Assembly: GCA_963749155.1 (NCBI GenBank)
Contig: CAVVLO010000001.1
Coordinates: 864,001 to 928,000, forward strand
Direction of reading: 5' to 3'
Source: an uncultured Armatimonadia bacterium
GTDB taxonomy: Bacteria; Armatimonadota; Zipacnadia; CAVVLO01
DNA length: 64,000 nt
Shown here: piece after piece, positions 34,156-44,069 of the stretch
Position numbering within the stretch: the stretch's first letter is position 1
Layout: every line of letters starts with the position of its first letter
Made by a program: the position numbers and the translations under genes
The notes under the pieces: model-generated
The model's input: only the letters and a program-made list of their open reading frames with translations
Told to the model about the DNA's origin: nothing
The model's database searches: none

Positions 34156-35460
34156 ATGATCTGGAACCCCGATGTTGAGACGCTCCCCAGACCCAGGCTG
34201 GAGGAGCTCCAAAGCAAGCGCCTGGCCAGGCTGGCAGAATATTGTTATAGGCAGGTGCCTCTCTATAAAGCCAAATTTGACGAGGCAGGCCTGTCTCCCC
34301 AGGACATCAAGACAGTCGCTGATCTCGAAAAACTTCCCTTTACCACGAAAGATGACCTGAGAGAGTCGTATCCCTTCGGCCTGTTTGCTATGCCTATTAA
34401 CGACATCGTGCGAATTCATGCCTCCAGCGGCACGACAGGACGCGCGACAGTTGTCGGTTATAGCAAAGAAGACGTGGGCATCTGGGCCGAGGTAATGGCC
34501 CGAACGCTTGCCGGTGGCGGCTGCACCAGCCATGACATCGTGCAGAACGCTTATGGTTACGGGCTTTTCACCGGGGGCCTTGGCATCCATTACGGAGCCG
34601 AGCGCATTGGCGCTTCTGTTGTTCCCGTCTCAGGCGGCAACACTCCACGCCAGCTTCAACTGATGAAGGACTTCGGCAGCACAATGCTCTGCTGCACGCC
34701 TTCTTACGCCATCCTGCTCGGTGAGTCGGCTGTGGACGCCGGTATCGATACCGCCGACCTGCCAGTCAAGATGGGCTGCTTCGGTGCCGAGCCCTGGGGC
34801 GAGCAGATGCGCAAGGAGATAGAAGCCAAACTCAATGTAAAAGCTTATGACATCTACGGCTTGTCCGAGATAATCGGTCCAGGCGTAGCCTTCGAGTGTT
34901 CGGAGCAGTCCGGTATGCACATCAACGAAGATCACTTCCTGCCGGAACTCATTGATCCAGCCACGGGCAAGCAACTGCCTTATGGCGAGTCGGGCGAACT
35001 CGTGTTCACCACGCTCACCAAGACCGGTATGCCCCTTCTGCGATATCGCACTCGCGATATCTGCACTTTCAGCCCTGACGTCTGCCCCTGCGGTCGTTCA
35101 ACAGTCAGGATGAGCAAGGTCACCGGCCGCACCGACGATATGCTCATCATCCGGGGCGTCAACGTGTTCCCGAGCCAGATTGAGACTGCGCTGCTCGAGG
35201 TGGATTTCGTCGCGCCTCACTACCTGATTATCGTCGACAGGGAAGAGGGGAAGATGGACACCCTCGAGGTGCAAGTCGAGATAAGTGAGGCCCTGTTCTC
35301 GGATGAAGTTAGTGAGCTGGTAGGCCTGGAGCACAGGCTCGAGCAGCACCTGCATAACGCGCTCAACGTGGGTTGTAAAGTGAAACTGGTCGGGCCGAAG
35401 ACTATCGAGCGTAGCGAAGCCAAGGCCAAGCGTGTTGTTGACAAGCGGGACATCCGATAA
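34156..35460 (+). CDS. paaK: Phenylacetate-CoA ligase family protein
   Basis: [57 protein letters not shown]. Confidence 0.92.
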   Translation: MIWNPDVETLPRPRLEELQSKRLARLAEYCYRQVPLYKAKFDEAGLSPQDIKTVADLEKLPFTTKDDLRESYPFGLFAMPINDIVRIHASSGTTGRATVVGYSKEDVGIWAEVMARTLAGGGCTSHDIVQNAYGYGLFTGGLGIHYGAERIGASVVPVSGGNTPRQLQLMKDFGSTMLCCTPSYAILLGESAVDAGIDTADLPVKMGCFGAEPWGEQMRKEIEAKLNVKAYDIYGLSEIIGPGVAFECSEQSGMHINEDHFLPELIDPATGKQLPYGESGELVFTTLTKTGMPLLRYRTRDICTFSPDVCPCGRSTVRMSKVTGRTDDMLIIRGVNVFPSQIETALLEVDFVAPHYLIIVDREEGKMDTLEVQVEISEALFSDEVSELVGLEHRLEQHLHNALNVGCKVKLVGPKTIERSEAKAKRVVDKRDIR

Positions 35461-35472
35461 GGAGGAAAGACA

Positions 35473-35907
35473 ATGACCACCGTGACGCAAGTCTCTGTTT
35501 TTGCCGAAAACAATACCGGTCAGTTGCATCAGGTGCTGGCGCCGATGGCAGCGGCTGGAGTCAACCTTCGAGCTTTTTCGATTGCAGAAGCGCCCGACTT
35601 CGGAGTGTTGCGTTTCATTGTGGATGACGCCGAGAAGGCACTCGAGGCACTGACGGCGGCAGGTTTTCGCGTAAAGCTGACTCCTGTCCATGCGGTGCAG
35701 CTTCGTGATGTGCCAGGCGCGCTGGACGAGGTATGCCTGGCGCTGGCGGAGGCGGGCATTGGCATCGATTATATGTATGCCTTTGCCGCTCACAGCCAGG
35801 CTGCGGCGATAACGATTCTCCGCACGCCAGATCCCGAAGGCACCGAAAAAGCACTCACCGCCAAGGGAATGAAGATGATCGATATGGCGAGCCTGCTCGC
35901 TCTTTAG
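35473..35907 (+). CDS. Tandem ACT-domain protein
   Basis: QVSVFAEN..G.L, DFGVLRFIV, IDYMYAF; typical neighbour of paaK. Confidence 0.88.
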   Translation: MTTVTQVSVFAENNTGQLHQVLAPMAAAGVNLRAFSIAEAPDFGVLRFIVDDAEKALEALTAAGFRVKLTPVHAVQLRDVPGALDEVCLALAEAGIGIDYMYAFAAHSQAAAITILRTPDPEGTEKALTAKGMKMIDMASLLAL

Positions 35908-35948
35908 GAAGAGTCCGGACTGCCATAGCCTGCCTGGAGGCGCCACAT

Positions 35949-36740
35949 ATGGGGCTTTCTGTATACATAATGACTGATCTCGAAGGGGTCTCGGGCGTGT
36001 TGCTGGAGGCCCAGACCATCCAGGACGGAGCTGCTTACGAGCTTGCGCGTCACTGGCTCACCGCCGAACTCAACGCCACAATCGCTGGTGCCTTCGATGC
36101 GGGAGCCGAACGGGTCGTGGCGGTGGATGGTCACGGCAAACCCTTCAATTTCGTCTACGAAGAACTTGATGAGCGCGCCGAATATATTGTGGGCAGCGGA
36201 TGGGAGTTCTACCCCGAAGGAGCTGCCAGCGTCTTCGACTGCGCTTTTTGTATTGGCTTCCATGCGATGGCTGGTACGCCTAATGCAGTGCTTGACCATA
36301 CAATGAGTTCGGCGACCTGGCAGAATTGCTGGATAAATGGCCAACTTGTCGGAGAGCTGGCTATAGTAGCGGGAGTCCTGGGCGAACTTGGTGTGCCAGT
36401 CACGCTGGTCAGTGGGGACGATGCAACTTGCAGCGAGGCGCGCGAGTTGCTTGGGCCCGTTGAGACTGTCGTTACCAAGTATGGTATCAGCCGTCATACA
36501 GCCAAACTGCGCGCTCAAGGGCCAGTGCTTGCAGAGCTTAGAGAAAAAGCTCGATTAGCGGTGACAGGGCGCTCAAAAGTCTCGCCCCTCGTTTTCGATG
36601 TCCCAGTTGAGCTGAAGATTGAGTATACTAAGACTGCATATGCGGACGGGCTTCGGTCAGGCTTGAAGGAGCGCCCGGAGCCGAGAATGAGACTAGTAAA
36701 AGGTGAAACGTTAGGTCAAGCTTTTCTTAACCTACACTAA
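35949..36740 (+). CDS. M55 family D-aminopeptidase (DppA-like)
   Basis: TDLEGVSG, DGHG, IGFHAMAG, LDHT, VSGDD. Confidence 0.9.
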   Translation: MGLSVYIMTDLEGVSGVLLEAQTIQDGAAYELARHWLTAELNATIAGAFDAGAERVVAVDGHGKPFNFVYEELDERAEYIVGSGWEFYPEGAASVFDCAFCIGFHAMAGTPNAVLDHTMSSATWQNCWINGQLVGELAIVAGVLGELGVPVTLVSGDDATCSEARELLGPVETVVTKYGISRHTAKLRAQGPVLAELREKARLAVTGRSKVSPLVFDVPVELKIEYTKTAYADGLRSGLKERPEPRMRLVKGETLGQAFLNLH

Positions 36741-36882
36741 AAGATGTAACGCTTTACCGAATGTGACTACTTTGGAAACATTATTAACCCTTGTAGACCT
36801 GTAGTTTTCGTGGTAACGTTAATCAGACCTAGAGAAGTGAGGCTGTGTGGCAGGTTAATTCCAGGTCACTTGCCCTGAAGAG

Positions 36883-37551
36883 ATGGTAGCTGTGCATAAG
36901 CGAGGCTTTACACTTATCGAATTGCTGGTAGTTATCGCGATCATCGCCATATTGGCCGCGATATTATTTCCTGTCTTTGCCCGGGCCAGAGAAAAAGCGC
37001 GCCAGGCAAGCTGTCAGTCCAACATGAAGCAAATCGGGATAGCCTTCCAGATGTACGCGCTGGACTATGATGGCAAGATGGTCGCCTATGACAATCCCTC
37101 TGTGGTCCCTCTTCCCGATGCGCGCAAGCCCAGCACTTATTTCCTCAATGCCTGGTACGATCAGTTAATGCCCTATATGCGCAATAACGATATCCTGATT
37201 TGCCCGACCTTAAAAGCCGAGCCCGTGAATGAAGGTTATGGTTATAGCTATTGGTCGAGCTATGCAATGAACTGGCGCAGTTCTGGCTGGAATGGGGGCG
37301 TCCCAAAGGCACTGGACGAGTATTCCCGCCCTGCCGAGACAATCTATATAGCCGATGGCACCTGGTCATGGTTCTACTGGTACAACTACGGAACCCTCAG
37401 CAGCACTCGCCATAATGATGGGATGAACTGCCTGTGCATTGATGGTCATGTCAAGCATACCGGCAAGATGGATCCCGACGAGTTCCGCCCTTATCCAACC
37501 GATTTGGGGCCGTATGGCGGAATGTATCTTTGGCTGGACGATATCCTCTAA
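36883..37551 (+). CDS. Prepilin-type N-terminal cleavage/methylation protein, DUF1559 / H-X9-DG family
   Basis: [45 protein letters not shown] and [16 protein letters not shown]. Confidence 0.92.
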   Translation: MVAVHKRGFTLIELLVVIAIIAILAAILFPVFARAREKARQASCQSNMKQIGIAFQMYALDYDGKMVAYDNPSVVPLPDARKPSTYFLNAWYDQLMPYMRNNDILICPTLKAEPVNEGYGYSYWSSYAMNWRSSGWNGGVPKALDEYSRPAETIYIADGTWSWFYWYNYGTLSSTRHNDGMNCLCIDGHVKHTGKMDPDEFRPYPTDLGPYGGMYLWLDDIL

Positions 37552-37577
37552 CAATCCGGCCTGGTCTCTCACCAAGC

Positions 37578-37611
37578 AAACAGCCTGGCCAACACTGGCC
37601 AGGCTGTTTTT
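37578..37611. terminator. Bidirectional terminator
   Basis: AAACAGCCTGGCCA-ACAC-TGGCCAGGCTGTTT between convergent genes. Confidence 0.85.
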
Positions 37612-37636
37612 CTATCCCAGGTTTACAAGCTTGCTC

Positions 37637-38317
37637 TCAGCCGCGCTGAGGCAGATAAGGCATAAGGCGCGCCGCCAGATTTGCGATTGGCATGCTTTGC
37701 AACCAGATTCGTCCTGGCCCGGTCAGAGTGGCCAGGAAGAAGCCCTGTCCTCCAAAGAAGATGTTCTTCAATCCTTTGATTAGCTCTATGTCAAAATCAA
37801 CGGACGGGTCGAACATAGCTACATGCCCTGGCGCCACCTGAAGCTTCTGACCCGCCGCCAGGGTGTAAGGGGTTATCTCTCCCGCCAGCTCGAAGAAAGT
37901 GGTGCCAGGCCCAGTGACTTTTTCGAGGATAAATCCTTCGCCTCCGAAGATGCCAGCGCCTAGCCGGCGCTGCCAGTGTACGGAAAGCTCTACGGAGGCC
38001 TCAGCACACATAAAGGCATCCTTTTGAGCGATGATGGCCTCGCCTGCGGCAAGCGCCATGGGGACGATCTTGCCAGGAAGCTCTGAGGCAAAGGCCACCA
38101 GGCCCGCTGCTTCTTCGCAGTGGTAGTAGGAAAGCATCAAGGACTCTCCCGCGAAAGAGCGCGCAAGCCCTCCAAACAGGCCGCCAGGCATCTGAGTGTC
38201 CATCCGGACGCTGGGACTTTTCCAGGCCATACCGCCCGCTTCACTCACCATCGACTCGCCCAGCTCGAGCTGGATGTCTACCACTTGCAAATCGTCACCG
38301 CGAATAGTGTATTTCAT
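37637..38317 (-). CDS. TIGR00266/AIM24 family protein (copy 2)
   Basis: SEAGGMAW, QKDAFMCAE, FGGEGFILEK, GPGRIWLQSMP. Confidence 0.9.
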   Translation of the reverse strand: MKYTIRGDDLQVVDIQLELGESMVSEAGGMAWKSPSVRMDTQMPGGLFGGLARSFAGESLMLSYYHCEEAAGLVAFASELPGKIVPMALAAGEAIIAQKDAFMCAEASVELSVHWQRRLGAGIFGGEGFILEKVTGPGTTFFELAGEITPYTLAAGQKLQVAPGHVAMFDPSVDFDIELIKGLKNIFFGGQGFFLATLTGPGRIWLQSMPIANLAARLMPYLPQRG

Positions 38318-38353
38318 CCTCGGCTCTCCCTGGTCCTCAAATATGTATCAGCT

Positions 38354-39034
38354 CTAACCTTTGCTAGGCAGGTAGGGAATCAGTCTGCTGGCAAAGTTTG
38401 GCAAAGGCATACTCTGGAGCCAGACCTTTCCTGGACCAGTTACATTGGCCAGGAATAGCCCCTCTCCACCAAACAGTATATTTTTGACGCCTTTTACCAT
38501 CTCTATATCAAACTGCACGCTGGGTTCCATCAGAGCCAGATAGCCCGGATCGACCTTCAGACGCTGGCCGGCTACCAGAGTGTATTCGACGATATGGCCA
38601 GCCAGTTCGAAGAAAACCTGACCTGGGCCAGTCACCTTCTGCAGGATAAATCCCTCGCCGCCAAAGAGTCCTGCGCCAAGCCGCTTGTTGAAGTGCATCT
38701 CGAGTTGCACTCCCGCCTCTGCGCACATAAAGGAATCTTTCTGACAGACCATAATCTGTTCTGGAGCAAGCGTCATCGGGACTATCTTGCCGGGGAACTC
38801 GGATGCAAACGCTACCAGCCCTTCGGCGCCCTGACAGGTATAATCGGTCAGCATCAAGGACTCGCCCATCAGCTTGCGCTTGAGACCTCCCATCAACCCG
38901 CCTTTCATCTCGGTATTCATCGAGATATTGTCGGACATCCAGGCCATACCCCCGGATTCGGAATAGACCGTCTCGCCCGACTTGAGCCGTATGTCAACCA
39001 CCTGCAGGTCATGCCCAAATATCGTGAACTCCAT
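38354..39034 (-). CDS. TIGR00266/AIM24 family protein (copy 1)
   Basis: SESGGMAW, QKDSFMCAE, FGGEGFILQK, GPGKVWLQSMP. ATG at 39034 gives 226 aa, the same length as copy 2. Confidence 0.9.
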   Translation of the reverse strand: MEFTIFGHDLQVVDIRLKSGETVYSESGGMAWMSDNISMNTEMKGGLMGGLKRKLMGESLMLTDYTCQGAEGLVAFASEFPGKIVPMTLAPEQIMVCQKDSFMCAEAGVQLEMHFNKRLGAGLFGGEGFILQKVTGPGQVFFELAGHIVEYTLVAGQRLKVDPGYLALMEPSVQFDIEMVKGVKNILFGGEGLFLANVTGPGKVWLQSMPLPNFASRLIPYLPSKG

Positions 39035-39353
39035 ACAGTGTTTGCCCCCTTCTGGTAAGTGTCCTGGTACGGCAATTGGCACCAGAGTGAAGACAATTTC
39101 GAGCTTGGCAGAAGTAATCCTGCTCAGCTTTGTCTTAGGCCGCCATGCATGTTGAATAAAAAGGTCTTCCGGAGCGCGACGAGAGGGCGAATCTCGTGTA
39201 GAATTGGTGCAGCTCCCCTGTGCAGAATACCAGGTGCAGGTAGGAAACAGGACGGCAACAAATTGCCGCTCAGCTAGCCACTTGGCGCGCAGTTTCCCGC
39301 TCTGGGGCGCTTGTTGCACCGGAAGAGTCTTGCGTAGAATGATGACATCAGAC

Positions 39354-39369
39354 GGCAAGCAACGTGCCA
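39354..39369. promoter_or_regulatory. Candidate sigma-54 -24/-12 element in the AIM24/glnA divergent spacer
   Basis: Minus strand TGGCAC-GTTGC-TTGCC; the plus strand also keeps GG-N10-GC. Confidence 0.5.
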
Positions 39370-39400
39370 AACGTTGATCTCACTTAGGAGGTTGTGTCCA

Positions 39401-40729
39401 ATGGCTCTCAGTAAAGACAAGGTAATGAGCATCTGCGAGGACGAGGACGTAAAATTTATCAAGATATGGTTTACCGACGTCCTTGGTTACCTCAAGAGCT
39501 TCACAATTAGTGCCCGGGAGCTTGAAGGGGCTTTCGCCGAGGGAATGGGCTTTGATGGTTCCTCTATTGAAGGCTTCGCGCGGATCTCGGAAAGCGATAT
39601 GGTCGCTATGCCCGATCCCAACACCTTCACCATCCTGCCCTGGCGTCCCAGCGAGCAGGGCAAAGTCGCCAGGATGTTCTGCGATGTGCTTACTCCAGAT
39701 GGCGCTAACTATGATGGCGACCCACGCTATGTGCTTAAGCGCGCTCTGGCGAAGGCTGACGCAATGGGCTACAAGGTCTTCCTGGGGCCCGAGCTCGAGT
39801 ATTTCTATTTTTCCAATGACAAGACCACCCAGACCCTCGACAAGGCTGGCTATTTCGATGTGACCCCGCGCGATGAGGCCACTGACCTGCGCCGCCAGAC
39901 CGTCATCGCCCTCGAGCAGATGGACATCAAGGTCGAGTACAGCCATCACGAGGTCGCTCCTTCTCAGCACGAGATCGACCTGCGCTACAACGAAGCACTG
40001 CAGATGGCCGATACCGTGATGACCTACCGGATGACGGTCAAAGAGATTGCAGCGATGAATGGCGTTTACGCCACCTTTATGCCCAAGCCGATTTTTGGGC
40101 AGAATGGTTCTGGAATGCACACTCACCAGTCGTTGTTCGCTGGCAGCAAGAATGCTTTCTTCAATCCCAATGACCAGTATTATCTGTCTGATGTAGCCAA
40201 GATGTATATCGAAGGCTTGCTGCGTTTCGCGCCCGAGATAACCGCTGTGACCAACCAGTGGGTAAACAGCTACAAGCGCCTGGTGCCTGGTTATGAAGCC
40301 CCGGTCTATGTGTCCTGGGCGCGCGCCAACAGGTCCGCTCTCGTGCGGGTACCGCTGTACAAGCCTGGCAAAGAGGCCGCAACTCGCTGCGAATTGCGCT
40401 GTCCCGATCCGGCCTGCAACCCCTACCTGGCCTTCGCCGTTATGATCTCGGCTGGCCTCAAGGGTATCGAAGAGAAGTTCGAACTGCGCAGCCCGACCGA
40501 AGAGGACATCTTCGAGATGAACGAAACCGAGCGCGCCGCGCACGGCATCACCTCGCTGCCAGGCAGTCTCGCGCAGGCTATCGAGCTTGCCGAGGGTAGC
40601 TCGCTGCTCAAGGAGGCGCTGGGCGACCACGTCTTCGAGAAGTTCATCGCCAACAAGAAACTCGAGTGGGATATGTACCGGACGCAGGTGCACCAGTACG
40701 AACTGGACAAATACCTGCCGTTGCTTTAG
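39401..40729 (+). CDS. glnA: Glutamine synthetase type I
   Basis: FDGSSIEGF, GPELEYF, HHEVAPSQHE, FMPKP, NGSGMH, NSYKRLVPGYEAP, CNPYL; AGGAGG RBS. Confidence 0.97.
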   Translation: MALSKDKVMSICEDEDVKFIKIWFTDVLGYLKSFTISARELEGAFAEGMGFDGSSIEGFARISESDMVAMPDPNTFTILPWRPSEQGKVARMFCDVLTPDGANYDGDPRYVLKRALAKADAMGYKVFLGPELEYFYFSNDKTTQTLDKAGYFDVTPRDEATDLRRQTVIALEQMDIKVEYSHHEVAPSQHEIDLRYNEALQMADTVMTYRMTVKEIAAMNGVYATFMPKPIFGQNGSGMHTHQSLFAGSKNAFFNPNDQYYLSDVAKMYIEGLLRFAPEITAVTNQWVNSYKRLVPGYEAPVYVSWARANRSALVRVPLYKPGKEAATRCELRCPDPACNPYLAFAVMISAGLKGIEEKFELRSPTEEDIFEMNETERAAHGITSLPGSLAQAIELAEGSSLLKEALGDHVFEKFIANKKLEWDMYRTQVHQYELDKYLPLL

Positions 40730-40754
40730 AGCCGGCTCAGAGTTAGCCTGTTTA

Positions 40755-40784
40755 CAGAGCCGCCGCGTCCTCGTGGCGGCTCTG
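40755..40784 (+). terminator. Hairpin after glnA (possible terminator)
   Basis: CAGAGCCGCCGCG...CGTGGCGGCTCTG; weak U-tract. Confidence 0.5.
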
Positions 40785-40973
40785 CCGTCTCTCACCCTTT
40801 TTAGTCAGGGGGGAAACTGGTAGGAAATCACTTCCCCAAAGAGAAGCCTTTCACGGGGGTTTTTCAGGGGCAGTCAGGGAAGCCAGCATCCCCGCCAAGC
40901 GTTAGAATAACAGACCCCGAAGACGATTCTGACTGGCAGGGCGATTAGCCAGCCAGGCAGCAGGTGAAACAGA

Positions 40974-42083
40974 ATGGCCAAGCCCGAGTTCGATTTTAAA
41001 GTTCCAGCCGCATGCGGAGCCTTCGGCATGTTGAATGAAGATGGCGCCAGGACCAGCGGTCAGGTGGCTATTGATGGCATCCGCATTATGCACGAGCGCG
41101 GCAACGGCCTGGGCGGCGGATTCGCCGGATACGGAATCTATCCGGAATTTGCCGACTATTATGCCTTCCATTTGATGTATGAGTCGGATGCCGGTCGCAG
41201 CGCGACCGAGCAATTCCTGAACGAGTACTTCAATGTCGAGATGGCCGAGAAGATCCCGACCAGGGCGCATCCCCGGGTGCATGACGAGCCGCTGCTAATG
41301 AGGTATTTCGTGCGTCCCAAGCGCGGCTTGCATCCTCGACTTGCCCGGCTTTCAGAGCAGGACTTCATCGTCTGGGCAGTGATGAGCATCAACCGCGAGG
41401 TAGACGATGCGTATGTCGCCTCCAGTGGCAAGAATATGGGCTCCTTCAAGGGAGTTGGCTTTCCAGAGGATATCGGCGAGTTCTTCCGCCTTGAAGAATA
41501 CGAAGGCTGGTTGTGGACGGCGCATGGACGGTTCCCGACCAATACCAAAGGCTGGTGGGGAGGGGCGCATCCCTTTGCTTTGCTCGACTGGTCGGTCGTA
41601 CATAATGGAGAAGTCTCTTCTTATGGCATCAACAAGCGCTATCTGGAAGAACATGGTTACGAGTGCCGCCTGCTAACCGATACTGAGGTTATCACCTATC
41701 TGCTGGATTTGCTGGTGCGCCGGCACGGGCTGTCGCTCGAGATGGCCAGCGTTGCGCTCGCGCCGCCTTTCTGGAAGACCATCGACCGGATGCCAGCAGA
41801 GCAGAAGCAGCTTTATACCACCCTGCGCACAGTTTATGGATCGGCCGAGCTCAATGGGCCCTTCGCTATCATCGTCGGCTTCGAGGGCGGGATGCTTGGT
41901 CTTTCGGACCGGGTGAAGCTGCGTCCTCTCGTAGCTGCCAGACATGGCGAGACAGTCTATCTGGCCAGCGAGGAATGCTCTATCCGAGAGGTCTGTCCGC
42001 GGCCCGATAAAATCTGGCATCCCCGAGCTGGCGAGCCTGTAATCAGCCGGCTGAAGGTTGCCGCGAAGGAGGCAGTAGCCTGA
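40974..42083 (+). CDS. Class II glutamine amidotransferase (stand-alone glutamate synthase amidotransferase subunit, GltB1/GlxB-like)
   Basis: MHERGNGLGGGFAGYGIYP, AHGRFPTNT, VVHNGE, TDTEV, NGPF. Confidence 0.9.
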   Translation: MAKPEFDFKVPAACGAFGMLNEDGARTSGQVAIDGIRIMHERGNGLGGGFAGYGIYPEFADYYAFHLMYESDAGRSATEQFLNEYFNVEMAEKIPTRAHPRVHDEPLLMRYFVRPKRGLHPRLARLSEQDFIVWAVMSINREVDDAYVASSGKNMGSFKGVGFPEDIGEFFRLEEYEGWLWTAHGRFPTNTKGWWGGAHPFALLDWSVVHNGEVSSYGINKRYLEEHGYECRLLTDTEVITYLLDLLVRRHGLSLEMASVALAPPFWKTIDRMPAEQKQLYTTLRTVYGSAELNGPFAIIVGFEGGMLGLSDRVKLRPLVAARHGETVYLASEECSIREVCPRPDKIWHPRAGEPVISRLKVAAKEAVA

Positions 42084-43597
42084 TGGCGCTCTCTCTTAGA
42101 GTCCCAGAATTCGAACTCATCCGCGATGAGAAGAAGTGTATCGGCTGCGAGGTCTGCGTCCGCCAGTGTTCTAACGAGGTGCATACCTGGGATGAGGCTA
42201 ACGAGCAAGTGCTTACCGATCCGATGGCCTGCGTGGCTTGCCAGCGCTGCATTACCATGTGCCCGACTCACGCTCTGCGTCTGAAGAAAGTCCCAGTCGA
42301 GTGGCGCGATAACCCAAGCTGGAATGGCAAGGCTCAGCAGGATATCTACAAGCAGGCCGAGAGCGGTGGCGTATTGCTTGCCGCGATGGGCACCGATATG
42401 GAATATCCAATCCTCTGGGACAAGCTGGTGCTAAACGCCTCGCAGGTGACCAATCCCTCCATCGACCCCCTGCGCGAGCCGATGGAATTGCGAACTTATC
42501 TTGGACGTAAACCTGACCGCGTAGAAATGGATTTCTCTACTGGCGCGCCAATCCTGAAGACTCGCCTGGCGCCTCAGCTCGAGCTGTCGGTGCCGGTGAT
42601 GTTCTCGGCGATGTCCTATGGCTCGGTCAGTTACAACACCTGCCTCTCGCTGGCCCGTGCCGCGGTCGAAGTTGGCACTTACTACAACACAGGCGAGGGG
42701 GGCTTGCACCGCACGATGCGCAAGTTTGGCCCTCGCACCATTGTCCAGGTCGCCTCTGGCCGGTTCGGAGTCGATGCCGACTATCTCAACGTCGCCGCGG
42801 CTATCGAAATCAAGATAGGCCAGGGCGCCAAGCCAGGCATTGGTGGTCATCTGCCAGGCGAGAAGGTCAGCGACGAGATCTCCAAGACCCGTATGATCCC
42901 CGAGGGGACGGACGCCATCTCGCCGGCGCCGCATCATGACATCTACTCCATCGAAGATTTGCGACAGCTCATATATGCGCTCAAAGAAGCGACTCGCTAC
43001 GAGAAGCCTGTTTCTGTCAAAATTGCCGCTGTGCATAACGTTGCCGCCATTGCCAGTGGTTGTGTCCGGGCGGGAGCTGACATTGTAGCCATCGACGGTA
43101 TCCGGGGCGGCACCGGCGCCGCGCCCAAGGTCACGCGCAACAGCGTCGGTATCCCCATCGAGCTTGCGCTGGCTGCGGTGGACGAACGCCTGCGCCAGGA
43201 AGGCATCCGGCACGAGGCGTCTCTGGTCTGCGCTGGCGGTATCCGGAATAGTGGCGATGTCGCCAAAGCTATCGCGCTGGGCGCCGACGCCGTTTATATC
43301 GGTACTGCCGCTCTGGTCTCGCTAGGTTGCCATGTTTGCCAGCATTGCTACAGCGGCAAGTGCAACTGGGGAATCGCCACTCAGGATCCAGCGCTCACGC
43401 GCAGGCTTAATCCCGATATGGGGGCTCGCCGCGCGGCCAACCTGCTGCGCGCCTGGAGTCACGAAATAAAAGAACTGCTCGGTGGGATGGGCCTTAACGC
43501 GCTTGAGAGCCTGCGCGGCAACCGGGAGGCCCTGCGTGGCATTGGCCTTTCGGACACCGAATCCGAGATCCTGGGCGTCAAGCCCGCCGGGAGATAG
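42083..43597 (+). CDS. Glutamate synthase FMN-binding subunit with N-terminal 2x[4Fe-4S] domain (archaeal-type GltB2)
   Basis: CIGCEVC and CVACQRC; AMSYG, NTGEGG, QVASGRFG, EIKIGQGAKPGIGGHLPG, CHVCQHC..GKC. Confidence 0.93.
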   Translation: MALSLRVPEFELIRDEKKCIGCEVCVRQCSNEVHTWDEANEQVLTDPMACVACQRCITMCPTHALRLKKVPVEWRDNPSWNGKAQQDIYKQAESGGVLLAAMGTDMEYPILWDKLVLNASQVTNPSIDPLREPMELRTYLGRKPDRVEMDFSTGAPILKTRLAPQLELSVPVMFSAMSYGSVSYNTCLSLARAAVEVGTYYNTGEGGLHRTMRKFGPRTIVQVASGRFGVDADYLNVAAAIEIKIGQGAKPGIGGHLPGEKVSDEISKTRMIPEGTDAISPAPHHDIYSIEDLRQLIYALKEATRYEKPVSVKIAAVHNVAAIASGCVRAGADIVAIDGIRGGTGAAPKVTRNSVGIPIELALAAVDERLRQEGIRHEASLVCAGGIRNSGDVAKAIALGADAVYIGTAALVSLGCHVCQHCYSGKCNWGIATQDPALTRRLNPDMGARRAANLLRAWSHEIKELLGGMGLNALESLRGNREALRGIGLSDTESEILGVKPAGR

Positions 43598-43607
43598 GAG
43601 AAGCCTT

Positions 43608-44069
43608 ATGAAACGTATTCTGGCCAGGAAGGAACTCTGCGTAGGCTGTCGCCTCTGCGAGGTGCATTGCACCGTCGCTCACAGCCGAAGCAAAGATATC
43701 GTTAAGGCTTTCAAAGAGGAATTTCCGCGTCCTAAATCCGCTGTCAAGGTCGAGGACGCTGGTTGCACCTCGATGGCTCTTCAATGTCGTCATTGTGATG
43801 AGCCACACTGCATCCAGGCCTGTATGACTGGCGCCATGCACCGCGATGAGAGCGGCGCTGTGGTCTGCGACACCACGAAGTGCGTCGGTTGCTGGATGTG
43901 TGTAATGGCCTGTCCCTATGGGGCCATCCAGCGTGATGTAGAGGGCAAGGGCACTGTCTCCAAATGCGACTTGTGCGCCGAACTCGGAGAGCCGGCCTGC
44001 GTGAAGAACTGTCCCAACGAAGCCCTTATCCTCGTAGAGGTCGAAGAAGAGGTGACGCCAGGTGTATAA
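43608..44069 (+). CDS. 4Fe-4S dicluster ferredoxin-like subunit
   Basis: CVGCRLCEVHC, CRHCDEPHC, CVGCWMCVMACP, KCDLC; GGAG RBS. Confidence 0.9.
   Translation: MKRILARKELCVGCRLCEVHCTVAHSRSKDIVKAFKEEFPRPKSAVKVEDAGCTSMALQCRHCDEPHCIQACMTGAMHRDESGAVVCDTTKCVGCWMCVMACPYGAIQRDVEGKGTVSKCDLCAELGEPACVKNCPNEALILVEVEEEVTPGV

Noticed and set aside
39035..39370. 112-aa N-terminal extension on AIM24 copy 1 in the ORF track
   Set aside because: The paralog aligns from the ATG at 39034, which has a GGGG-containing RBS. The extension covers the divergent promoter region.
39380..40795. Long antisense ORFs (also 33328..34590, 44326..45309, 54312..55328, 60589..61965)
   Set aside because: They shadow well-conserved genes in GC-rich DNA and show no recognisable motifs.
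40823..40835. NrpR operator upstream of the glutamate synthase genes
   Set aside because: The site reads GGAA-N5-TTCC; the established spacing is N6.
40932..40950. Sigma-54 promoter before the amidotransferase gene
   Set aside because: TGGCAG...TTAGC has GG-N11-GC spacing; sigma-54 requires N10.
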